In this document: in pieces, positions 55,701-64,000 of the stretch
Layout: the number at the start of each line of letters is the position of its first letter
Position numbering within the stretch: the first letter of the stretch is position 1
Assembly (NCBI GenBank): GCA_905182015.1
Contig: CAJIZT010000005.1
Span: 4,312-68,311, forward strand
Origin: an alpha proteobacterium MED-G09
Lineage (GTDB): Bacteria > Pseudomonadota > Alphaproteobacteria > MED-G09
DNA length: 64,000 nt
Direction of reading: 5' to 3'
The notes under the pieces: generated by a model
The model's input: only the letters and a program-made list of their open reading frames with translations
What the model was told of the DNA's origin: nothing
The model's database searches: none
Translations under genes and position numbers: made by a program

Positions 55701-55943
55701 ATGAAACTTATTATACTTAACTTACCCCGTAATTTTGATGAACAGTCACTAGCCCTGTTATTTAAAAAAGTTGGTAATATAAAATCTTGTACCTTAGTTA
55801 TTGATAAGGAGACTGGAATCTCAAAAGGCTTCGGTTTTGTGGAAATGGCCCTTGCTCATGATGGTGAAAGTGCAATAAAGGAGCTTCATGGTAGCAAGGT
55901 AGGCGATAAAAAAATTAGGGTTAAGCCATCAACATCTGAATAA
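55701..55943 (+). CDS. RNA-binding protein with single RRM domain
   Basis: 80 aa; RNP-2 KLIILNL and RNP-1 KGFGFVEM. Confidence 0.8.
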   Translation: MKLIILNLPRNFDEQSLALLFKKVGNIKSCTLVIDKETGISKGFGFVEMALAHDGESAIKELHGSKVGDKKIRVKPSTSE

Positions 55944-56060
55944 TAAAAGTTAAATAATGGCAGAAAAAGTTTAGTGTACTTTATTATCCATCGACCTCAT
56001 TTGTTTAAAAATTTATTACGTTATTGTATTCTTATCCAAGTAAAGTATTCTAGTCTTTAA

Positions 56061-56164
56061 ATGAAACAGGAGATGATAGTGGCTAAAGGAATGGACAAAC
56101 AAAAAAATGAGAAAAAAAAAGGAAAATCACTTAAAGAAAAAAGAGCAGAAAAAAAAGAAAAGAA

Positions 56165-56174
<10 letters not shown>
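56061..56174 (+). CDS. Lysine-rich micro-ORF (31-37 aa), hypothetical
   Basis: In-frame GTG at 56079 with AGGAG 6 nt upstream, or ATG at 56061. M(KQEMIV)AKGMDKQKNEKKKGKSLKEKRAEKKEKKNK*; the stop TAA lies inside the (AAAT)n repeat. Confidence 0.3.
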
Positions 56175-56224
<50 letters not shown>

Positions 56225-56405
56225 ACTATTTATATTTATTTAAATAAGCATTTTTAAGGATGCAAGAAAGATTATATTAAAAATTAATTAATTCTTTCAT
56301 TTACAATACTTTCAATTAAGTTAAAGTTTAATAAATCGTGATTTGATCCTATTGCCGCGATTTAAAATAATGAGCTAAAACGGAAATTATTCCCAGGATT
56401 CCATA

Positions 56406-57563
56406 GTGTTTAGGAGTTTCTTTATGAAAACTTTTTATGTTAATGCGCGTTATCTTATTGTTCCAGTGATGACGATCGCAACTATTCTGGGACTATTTAT
56501 AGGGAATATTTTTGTTTGGGTTGGAGTAATTCTTTTTGGTTTAAACACCATTGTTGATACACTTACTAAAGGTATTCACCTGCGGGCTGATTTTGATAAT
56601 GATGGTAAATCATTTGGTATAAAGAAACTTCAGTATTCTGTTATGTACTTTATGCTTCCTGCCTTTATTACTCTACAGATTATTTTAGCATGGCGCTTGT
56701 ATCAATATACTTCTTATATTCCTATAGAGAATCTAACATTTTTGGGTATTTCTTATCAAAATGGAATAACTAGTTTTAATTTAATTGGATCGGTTTTATC
56801 AGCTGGATTATGGGCTGGGCTAGGTATAATCTACGGCCATGAATTATCCCATAATAGAAAAGAGGGTTTTTTAGTTTCTAGGCTAATTATGGCATTAAGC
56901 GGAGCGTCGCACTTTACTTATGCCCATGTCTACAATCATCACCTTGATTTGGGTCATGAGGATGATCCTGCAACCGCGCCAAGAGGAAGGAACGTTTATT
57001 CCCACGCCTGGTTATCTCATGCCGGACAATCTCAATATTCTTATGATCTTGAAAGGTCAAAGCTAAAGAGACAAAAAAAATCTTTTTTTAGTCTAAGTAA
57101 TAAATGGATTGTTGGTTATCTTTATAGCCTTCCATCGATTTTCTTATTTGTTTGGGCCGGAGGTGTTGTCGGTGTTCTTGCATTAATAGTGGTCTGGGTT
57201 ATATCAAATTTTCTTTTAGAGGCTTTAAATTTTATGGGTCATTACGGCTTAATTCGTGAAAAAGGAAAGCCAGTTGAGCATAGACATTCATGGGATAACG
57301 ATAACTTATTTACTAGTTGGTTTTTTATTGAAATAGGAAGACAGGGAGACCATCATGTTCGGGGAGAGACTTACTTCTGGGAGCTCGATGACGTTGATGC
57401 CCCTAATTACGGAATAGGTTACTTTTCTTTATTTGTCTTAACCTTAATTCCAGTATTATTTAGAAAATATACACAAAACCTTCTGGATGACTGGGATAAT
57501 AATAAAGCAACTGAGGTTGAAAGAAAGATTGCTAATCAATTTAACAATCCCTCAATAACCTAG
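56406..57563 (+). CDS. AlkB-like integral-membrane alkane 1-monooxygenase / fatty-acid-desaturase-family hydroxylase
   Basis: 385 aa; His boxes HELSHN, YNHHLDLGHEDDPATAPRG, NFMGHYGL, GDHH align with AlkB HELGHK / EHNRGHH..DPAT / NYIEHYGL / HSDHH. True start may be the ATG at 56424. Confidence 0.75.
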   Translation: MFRSFFMKTFYVNARYLIVPVMTIATILGLFIGNIFVWVGVILFGLNTIVDTLTKGIHLRADFDNDGKSFGIKKLQYSVMYFMLPAFITLQIILAWRLYQYTSYIPIENLTFLGISYQNGITSFNLIGSVLSAGLWAGLGIIYGHELSHNRKEGFLVSRLIMALSGASHFTYAHVYNHHLDLGHEDDPATAPRGRNVYSHAWLSHAGQSQYSYDLERSKLKRQKKSFFSLSNKWIVGYLYSLPSIFLFVWAGGVVGVLALIVVWVISNFLLEALNFMGHYGLIREKGKPVEHRHSWDNDNLFTSWFFIEIGRQGDHHVRGETYFWELDDVDAPNYGIGYFSLFVLTLIPVLFRKYTQNLLDDWDNNKATEVERKIANQFNNPSIT

Positions 57564-57581
57564 CTAATCAAAACTTAACCC

Positions 57582-57890
57582 ATGTTTAATATATTTAAAA
57601 ATAAATCATCAAGCTATATTGCAAAGCTTGAACCCAGCGGTAAAGAGATTGTGGTCAAAAAAGGTGAAAACCTTTTAACAGCAGCTTTATCGCTAGGCAT
57701 CAAATGGCCTCACAAATGCCGTGTAGGTAGCTGTGGAAGCTGTAAATGTAAAATTATTGAAGGAAATATTTCTCCTGAAATAGATTTTGGTTATGTTTTA
57801 AATTTTAATGAATTAAACGAGGGTTATGCACTTGCCTGTCAAACAGCACTCAAGACTGACATTAAGGTGATAATTAATTTAAAGGAATAA
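57582..57890 (+). CDS. Plant-type 2Fe-2S ferredoxin
   Basis: 102 aa; CRVGSCGSCKC (C-x4-C-x2-C) plus distal ALACQ Cys; 18 nt downstream of the AlkB-like gene. Confidence 0.75.
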   Translation: MFNIFKNKSSSYIAKLEPSGKEIVVKKGENLLTAALSLGIKWPHKCRVGSCGSCKCKIIEGNISPEIDFGYVLNFNELNEGYALACQTALKTDIKVIINLKE

Positions 57891-57903
57891 ATAGGAGAAA
57901 AAA

Positions 57904-58113
57904 ATGAAAAATATACAAGCAATTTCTATAATGTTTATTTGGACAGCTATTTCAATATTAGTTTTATATTTTTTTGACGCTCATAACCATTATCGTCAAA
58001 TAAGTTGGGCAATAGGTATTGCAATATCATTACTTTTTGTTCACATGATAAATATGATTATATATTTTAATATAACGGGAAAAGAACCTTATAAATGGTT
58101 CAAGTCTTCTTAG
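57904..58113 (+). CDS. Small hypothetical membrane protein
   Basis: 69 aa, two transmembrane helices; AGGAG SD; 13 nt after the ferredoxin gene. Confidence 0.4.
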   Translation: MKNIQAISIMFIWTAISILVLYFFDAHNHYRQISWAIGIAISLLFVHMINMIIYFNITGKEPYKWFKSS

Positions 58114-58136
58114 TAAAAATAGGGTGATGGGGTATT

Positions 58137-59519
58137 TTAAATAGTTCCGTTACCCTCATTATCTTCTATTAATTTTGATGAAATTAATTTTAATCGCATA
58201 AAAATAAAAATAGAAAAAATTACTAGCCCTAAAATCATACCGATCCACATTCCATCAGCCCCCAAGGGCTCACGAACTCCGTGGTAAGTTAGAAAATATC
58301 CAAGGGGTATAGCGAAAACCCAATACGAAATAATTAGATAAATCATAGGCACAAAAGTATCCTTATACCCCCTTAAGGCTCCTAAACTACCCATCTGTAT
58401 GCCGTCCGGTATTTGAAATATTGCAGCAAATAATACAAGGTGAACCGCAGCATTAAAGACAAGAATATCAGTTGTATAAAGAGAGGTTAGTGTGCCTTTT
58501 AGTGATAAAAGAACGGTCATATTAAGAAAAGCTCCCAATAAACACAATATAACAGATACAAAAGAAGCGTAGCGTGCGTCTAAAAATCTTTTTTCGCCGA
58601 TAAGATTTCCAATTCTAGTTGCTGCAGACAACCCAATAGCCAAAGGAAGCATAAATACAATACTGGCAATATTTAATGCTATTGCGTGACCGGCTATAAC
58701 AACCTCTCCCAGTTGACCAATTACAATTGCCGCTCCAGCAAACATACTCATTTCAACAAATATACCAATACCAATAGGAAGGCCCAACTTAAGAAGTTCT
58801 GAGCTAGTCTCTTTTGATGGGCCATTAAATTTTTTTAGGAGATTTGTTTTCTTATACTGATTAAAATTAAGAACTATAAAGCCAAGAGATAAAAACATAA
58901 GAAAGGAAACAATAGAAGTTGCATAACCACATCCAACACTCCCCATCTCAGGAAGGCCCATGTAACCAAAGGCAAATATAATATCTAGTGGGATGTTTAT
59001 TAGAGAGCCTATAAAAACAACCATAAAGACAGGTGAAGTTAATGTCATACCTTCGCTGTAAGAACTTAAAAACCTAAACATAGTATAAAAGAACATGCCA
59101 ATAGACGCTGCCTTGAGATAAGAAATTGATATTTCTAGAATACTTTCTTTCATAGGAAAGAAAATTAAAACCTCACTTATAAAAAGGAAAATTAAAAAAA
59201 TTAAGGAAGCCAAGATGATTGCTATCCAGAAAATTTCTCTCATTTTTTTTCCAATTTGATTGTATTTTTTTGCACCATATAATTGCGCAACAATTGGTGT
59301 TATTGCGAACATTATTCCCTGAAAAAGCATATATATAGGGAAGGTAAAGGCACCTGCAATAACAAGCCCTGCCAATTCCTCGGCTCCATAACGTCCGGAA
59401 ACAATGGTGTCCGTGGTGTGCATAATCATATAGGATAATTGTGACCCTAGTATGGGGAGGCCTATTTTAAAAAAATGCCTCGATTCTGTAATAAATTTAT
59501 CCATGAGAGTGCTTATCAC
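58137..59519 (-). CDS. MATE-family multidrug/sodium efflux transporter
   Basis: 460 aa, 12 predicted transmembrane segments, NorM-like conserved segments. Confidence 0.8.
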   Translation of the reverse strand: MISTLMDKFITESRHFFKIGLPILGSQLSYMIMHTTDTIVSGRYGAEELAGLVIAGAFTFPIYMLFQGIMFAITPIVAQLYGAKKYNQIGKKMREIFWIAIILASLIFLIFLFISEVLIFFPMKESILEISISYLKAASIGMFFYTMFRFLSSYSEGMTLTSPVFMVVFIGSLINIPLDIIFAFGYMGLPEMGSVGCGYATSIVSFLMFLSLGFIVLNFNQYKKTNLLKKFNGPSKETSSELLKLGLPIGIGIFVEMSMFAGAAIVIGQLGEVVIAGHAIALNIASIVFMLPLAIGLSAATRIGNLIGEKRFLDARYASFVSVILCLLGAFLNMTVLLSLKGTLTSLYTTDILVFNAAVHLVLFAAIFQIPDGIQMGSLGALRGYKDTFVPMIYLIISYWVFAIPLGYFLTYHGVREPLGADGMWIGMILGLVIFSIFIFMRLKLISSKLIEDNEGNGTI

Positions 59520-60107
59520 AATTTGAACAATTACTAAAATTTAGCATTTTTCAATCCATTTTTTTATTTATTAGTGTAAGCTAATTTAGTTAACATTAAA
59601 TTGGGGGATTTATTATGTTACTAAGGCTTATTTTACTATTCATGCTTTTATCATCTCTTTTCATAGTATTTAACGCAGTTTATAAATGGTTTGGATTTCT
59701 TCAACCCTATTAGGCCTTATTCACATAAATTTGATTTTTTAATATTATTTGTTAAGATAGATTATGCATAAAGCCGAAAGATTATATAAATCTGATAGAG
59801 CTAGAGATAGAAGATCTAAAATGAAAGAAATTGTTAATATAAAATTATCCAATCTATACTCAAAGTTGCACAAGCTAAGAACAAAGAAAAAAACTTAAAA
59901 TCTAAATTTTTTCAATCTCTTAGCCCTATCAGGATATTCCGATTTGATGTTATATTTTAAATTTTTTTTAAATCCAAACATTCAATTTTCTAGATAGGTT
60001 AGTGGTATTTTTATGATTAAGGTCTGTCTTTATGTTTCATTGAATTATATTGAATATGTTAGCAAATGGGGCTATGTGTCTAAGAGATAAGAATAAGGAA
60101 GAAAATT

Positions 60108-60488
60108 ATGGTCAATATAATTTTATTAACACTGCTATTTTATTTTATACAATTTCCAATACCTGCGCTTTTAAGTTTAAAAAATGTTCCACTTTCTTAT
60201 TTTCCATCCAATAGGGATAAAGAGGTTAATTTTTCGGTGTTATCAGGGAGAGTTCAAAGGGCAATAAACAATTTAAAGGAAAGCCTTTTTATTTTTATTC
60301 CTTTGGCCTTATTGAGTATAATTCAAGAAATTGACCTAACTTTAGCTGCAACTATTTGGCTAGCATTGAGAGTAATCTATGCAATCACCTATTATATGGG
60401 TGTTTCCAATGTAAGGACTATTGTCTGGCTTATTTCCATTTTTACACTTATTGACATGGCGATTAGAATATTTAAACACTCTATTTAA
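60108..60488 (+). CDS. MAPEG-family membrane protein
   Basis: 126 aa; four hydrophobic segments; RVQRAINNLKESLFIFIPL resembles the MAPEG RxHxNxxEnxP motif. Confidence 0.55.
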   Translation: MVNIILLTLLFYFIQFPIPALLSLKNVPLSYFPSNRDKEVNFSVLSGRVQRAINNLKESLFIFIPLALLSIIQEIDLTLAATIWLALRVIYAITYYMGVSNVRTIVWLISIFTLIDMAIRIFKHSI

Positions 60489-60532
60489 TTAATCTTTAAG
60501 TTTTTCAAAACTACAAATATGACAGGAACGAA

Positions 60533-60802
60533 ATGAAAAAAATTATAATCTTTATTTTTATTTGTATTTTCTCATCCTCAATTGGTGCAAAAGAAAATCA
60601 ATCTGTTTGGGGTAAGGAGGAGAAAACTGACACAGAAAAGTGTCAAATTGCTATCGAAGAGGGTGTTTCCGTTAAAATAAAAACATCCAAGTCCCTAGAA
60701 AGAACAGCTTATTTTTTTGACGGTTCTTTTTTTATGTTGTCCGACTACAATGAATTTATAATCTGCTTTAGGTATTCAAAAAAAGATCTTCAATTAAAAT
60801 AA
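60533..60802 (+). CDS. Hypothetical secreted protein
   Basis: 89 aa, signal peptide, no recognisable domain. Confidence 0.35.
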   Translation: MKKIIIFIFICIFSSSIGAKENQSVWGKEEKTDTEKCQIAIEEGVSVKIKTSKSLERTAYFFDGSFFMLSDYNEFIICFRYSKKDLQLK

Positions 60803-61050
60803 TTAAATAAAATTATTAAATATCAAGGTAAATTTAATGTCTAAAATAATAGAAAAAGTAATCTTAACTATTTTTATATTGGGAATATCTTTTGTGATTT
60901 TAAAGCTGGTTGTTTTTGATTTTATTATTAAGACTTTTATAGATTAATTATATGGTGTAACTATATGATAAAAAGTATTTTTTATTCATTTATTCCTCTG
61001 ATTGTTTTAATTATATTTTTAAGAATTGTTTTTCTCTTCAGGGATTTTAT

Positions 61051-61428
61051 TTAGTTTAGTGAGAACTTAATTATTGTATCGAAATCAATAATATCTAAAG
61101 TTTTTATGTTTGTTGCTTCAGTCACAACCGGAGGTGCGACTCCAGAGTTATAGGATTCGAGCCATCTATTTGCGCATAAACACCATTTCTGTCCAGGCTT
61201 TAAGCCCTCGAAATCATATTCCGGTCTCGGTGTTGATAAATCATTTCCTACACTCATTGAAAAATCCAAGAATTCTTCTGTTAATATAACACAAACTGTA
61301 TGAAGACCACGATCAGTCTTGTCTGTATCGCAGCATCCATTTCTAAAAAAACCTGTAACAGGATCTTGTGAGCACGACTCCAATTGTCTTCCGTGAATAT
61401 TAGTTTGATTACTTTCTTTCATTTTCAC
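61051..61428 (-). CDS. DUF2237 family protein
   Basis: 125 aa; GFFRNGCCDT...GLHTVCV...GNDL...GLKPGQKWCLCANRW...GVAPPV matches the DUF2237 Cys-rich signature; overlaps the PQQ-DH gene by 20 nt. Confidence 0.7.
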   Translation of the reverse strand: MKMKESNQTNIHGRQLESCSQDPVTGFFRNGCCDTDKTDRGLHTVCVILTEEFLDFSMSVGNDLSTPRPEYDFEGLKPGQKWCLCANRWLESYNSGVAPPVVTEATNIKTLDIIDFDTIIKFSLN

Positions 61429-63481
61429 CCTCTAGTTCAAATACATAAATGGAATTACCCTTTTGAGGTTGGTAGATATCAGGGCTGACCAACGATGTTA
61501 ATGCTCTAAATACTCCCATTCCTGTTGTAACTGCAACATATTGTTTATTATTTACACTATAAGTTATTGGAAATCCATGAAGTGCTGAATTCAATCTAGT
61601 CTGCCATATAATTTTACCAGTTTTTGAATTAAATGCCTTAAAATATCGATCCAAATCTCCAATAAATGTTATTCCTCCAGCAGTACTAAGAGATGATGTT
61701 AAAAACATTGCTTCTTGTTCGTGTGACCAATTAACTTTCATTTCCTCAAGGTCCACTGAGATCACCTTACCTATCTTTCCTTCAACCCCTGGTTTTTCAT
61801 AAGACCTTGAATCAGCTCCGAACCCTCCAAACCCTTCCTTTTTTTCAACCTCTCTTCCAATCATATCCGCACATAGTTGATGGAGTGGTATTATTAATGA
61901 ATTGCTTTCTTTATCATAAGACATTGCCTGCCAGTTATGGCCTCCATAAATTCCAGGACATACGGAAAAGGAATTATTAACCTTTGAATTAAGAATATCC
62001 TCTCTGTAGGTAAGCTTTCCAGTTTTGTAGTTGATCTTTTGATAGATATTCTGGTTTACAGTTTCCAATAGGCTTATAAATTTTCCATTCTCTCTGTCCA
62101 TCTTCCACAGAATTCCGTCCTTGCCGATTGTATATAAGAGTTTTTTATTATTGTAATCCACTAAAACTCTCTCAAACCCAACCTCCATATCAATAGTTTC
62201 CCCAGGTATGTGTTGGTAAAACCATTTAATTTTTCCTGTATTTGGATTTATTGCTAGAGTGGAATTTGTATACAAAGCAGAATCTTTTGTTGTCATACCC
62301 CTGCTATCGGCAACCCATGGCTTTGCCTGTGATGTTCCAATAAAGAAAAGGTTTAAGGTAGGGTCATAACTTCCTGGTATCCAAGTATCGCCTCCAGCTC
62401 TATATATTGAATCTGTATCACCCCAGGTATCTCCATGCTTATCCCCGGGGTAAGCTATCGTTGATGTTCTCCATATTTCCCGTCCATTATCTGGGTTATG
62501 ACCAGTTATAAAACAACCCTCCTTAATATACCTTTCGCATCCGTTAATACCACTCACAATGACACCGTTTGCCACTATTGGACCACTGGTATGTGTATAA
62601 CCATCTTGAAAATTAGCCTTTTTAGTTTTCCATAATAAATTTCCAGTTTTTATATCAAGAGCGATAAGGGATGCATCATATGTAGCCATAAAAATCTTAT
62701 CTTCATATATTGCGATATTTCTTGTTGGACCTCCCAAGGTTTTAGAGCCCTTAGGGAAGGGATAATTATACTCCCATATTAATTCACCATTTTTAGCATT
62801 TAATGCCTGTATTGTATTCCCAGGGTTAGTTAGGAACATTATACCTTGGCTAACTAAAGGAGTTATTTGATTGCTTCCCTCATTCATGCTCAAGCTCCAA
62901 GAAAGTTTGAGTTTTTGAATATTACTGGTATTTATAATTTTTAACGGACTGTAACCCTGACCATCAACTGTTCTTCTCCAAGATAGCCAATCTGAAGAGG
63001 GCGGGTTATTGATATCATTTAAGGTTATGTTATTAAAATTTAATATAGGCTTATTTTTAAAGTTAGTTTTTCTTTCCTGTGGCTGGTCTATTGTACTCGG
63101 ATCACTGAAGGCGACCCAACTCTCATCAATTTCTTTATTATTAGAGCTTAGGATATACTGATGAATCTCTTTGTATGTTTTATCGCTTAATAAGCCCTGA
63201 CTACCTGGTGGCATCGACTCTTTTGTGTAACTTAAAAGATCCTCAAATCCTTTTTTTTCCCATTTTTCTATAAATTGACCTCCAATCAACGATGATCCAT
63301 GCGCTGTCCCTCGGAGATTTAAGGAATGACAGTCTGAACAAAATTCTTCATATTTCTCCTCTCCTTGAAACACCTCCTGAGAAAGCAATTCTTGAAAATT
63401 AAAAATGTAAGAAAGAAATAATACAAAACTTAAAAAAACAGTAAGATTTTTTTTGTTATTTTTCATAGAAAGCCTCCCCAA
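61409..63481 (-). CDS. PQQ-dependent dehydrogenase (methanol/ethanol family beta-propeller) with N-terminal monohaem cytochrome c domain
   Basis: 690 aa. Signal peptide, then CSDCH (CxxCH) plus a downstream ESMPPG Met-ligand-like segment. Propeller blocks (SDWLSWRR..GQGYSPL, ALNAKNGELIW, ALDIKTGNLLW, RYFKAFNSKTGKIIW) parallel MxaF/ExaA. Confidence 0.75.
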   Translation of the reverse strand: MGRLSMKNNKKNLTVFLSFVLFLSYIFNFQELLSQEVFQGEEKYEEFCSDCHSLNLRGTAHGSSLIGGQFIEKWEKKGFEDLLSYTKESMPPGSQGLLSDKTYKEIHQYILSSNNKEIDESWVAFSDPSTIDQPQERKTNFKNKPILNFNNITLNDINNPPSSDWLSWRRTVDGQGYSPLKIINTSNIQKLKLSWSLSMNEGSNQITPLVSQGIMFLTNPGNTIQALNAKNGELIWEYNYPFPKGSKTLGGPTRNIAIYEDKIFMATYDASLIALDIKTGNLLWKTKKANFQDGYTHTSGPIVANGVIVSGINGCERYIKEGCFITGHNPDNGREIWRTSTIAYPGDKHGDTWGDTDSIYRAGGDTWIPGSYDPTLNLFFIGTSQAKPWVADSRGMTTKDSALYTNSTLAINPNTGKIKWFYQHIPGETIDMEVGFERVLVDYNNKKLLYTIGKDGILWKMDRENGKFISLLETVNQNIYQKINYKTGKLTYREDILNSKVNNSFSVCPGIYGGHNWQAMSYDKESNSLIIPLHQLCADMIGREVEKKEGFGGFGADSRSYEKPGVEGKIGKVISVDLEEMKVNWSHEQEAMFLTSSLSTAGGITFIGDLDRYFKAFNSKTGKIIWQTRLNSALHGFPITYSVNNKQYVAVTTGMGVFRALTSLVSPDIYQPQKGNSIYVFELEGENERK

Positions 63482-63671
63482 CGCTTATTAAAAATTAAAT
63501 AAATAATAGATTTTTCCTGCGTCAATTAGTAGTCTTAAATTTTTAGAAGAAAGAGTCTATAAGCTAATTAAACAGTGAGGTTATTTTTATGACAGCAATT
63601 TTAGTAATATTTATTTATTTAGTCGCTATACTTTTTTTAAACAAAATAACATACGGACGATTTGACTAATT

Positions 63672-63881
63672 TTAGTCTTTATGCATCCAGCTGATAAGAG
63701 GAATTATTGGTATTATCCATGATATTCCTCCTATGAGGTAAAACAAGAAAACTCCAAATCCATTAAAGTTTGGTAACAATAAGTCACCTAAGGGGCCTAT
63801 TATGATTAGAAAAAATATTAACCATATCGGAATAATGATTGTTCCAATTAGTTTTCTATTTTTTGTTTTTAAAACACTCAT
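63672..63881 (-). CDS. DUF2842 family small membrane protein
   Basis: 69 aa; R.L.G...P.WL..L......LGD.L.........LFYLIGGISWIIPIIPLISWM pattern of the alphaproteobacterial DUF2842 family. Confidence 0.6.
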   Translation of the reverse strand: MSVLKTKNRKLIGTIIIPIWLIFFLIIIGPLGDLLLPNFNGFGVFLFYLIGGISWIIPIIPLISWMHKD

Positions 63882-64000
63882 AGGGCTTTAACTCCTCAGT
63901 AAACATTAACTATCTTATATAAAGAGATTTAAATTGATTGAAACTAAAAAAAATACAAATCTATCACTAGTTATCTGGTCATCGACACTACTTTTTCTGC

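Overview
AT-rich (roughly 30% GC by eye) alphaproteobacterial chromosome segment. Gene content and order (PopZ-like gene between tolC and valS, BamE/Cbp3-like/plsX/fabH/ihfA/MerR block, DUF2842) suggest a streamlined marine Pelagibacterales-like organism; this assignment is inference.

Bases 1-25.4 kb carry the core translation/transcription supercluster on the + strand with tight or overlapping junctions: rplL (3' end)-rpoB-rpoC, rpsL-rpsG-fusA (no tuf), then S10/spc/alpha operons rpsJ-rplC-rplD-rplW-rplB-rpsS-rplV-rpsC-rplP-rpmC-rpsQ-rplN-rplX-rplE-rpsN-rpsH-rplF-rplR-rpsE-rpmD-rplO-secY-adk-rpsM-rpsK-rpoA-rplQ.

The remaining 39 kb mixes housekeeping genes with accessory-looking lipid/hydrocarbon oxidation genes.
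- Housekeeping: sucAB, an ABC-F ATPase, tolC-like, a PopZ-like gene, valS, ilvD, xthA, an IscA/ErpA-like gene, bamE, a Cbp3-like chaperone, plsX, fabH, ihfA, a MerR regulator, and three tRNAs (Asn-GUU, Cys-GCA, Pro-GGG).
- Oxidation genes: a cfa-DUF1365-FAD oxidoreductase operon; tandem duplicated YncB/CurA-like NADPH reductases beside tRNA-Asn; a CrtW/desaturase-like di-iron protein with a cytochrome P450; an AlkB-like hydroxylase with a plant-type 2Fe-2S ferredoxin; a MAPEG protein; a MATE exporter; and a PQQ dehydrogenase with an N-terminal c-type haem domain translationally coupled to a DUF2237 gene.

The most unusual raw-sequence signals are a compound tetranucleotide microsatellite (AAAT)4(AAGT)10 abutting a lysine-rich micro-ORF upstream of the AlkB-like gene, a 63-nt in-frame tandem repeat inside the PopZ-like gene, and 45 identical nt at the 5' ends of the tandem reductase paralogs. 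No CRISPR array, integrase, transposase or obvious phage gene was seen.
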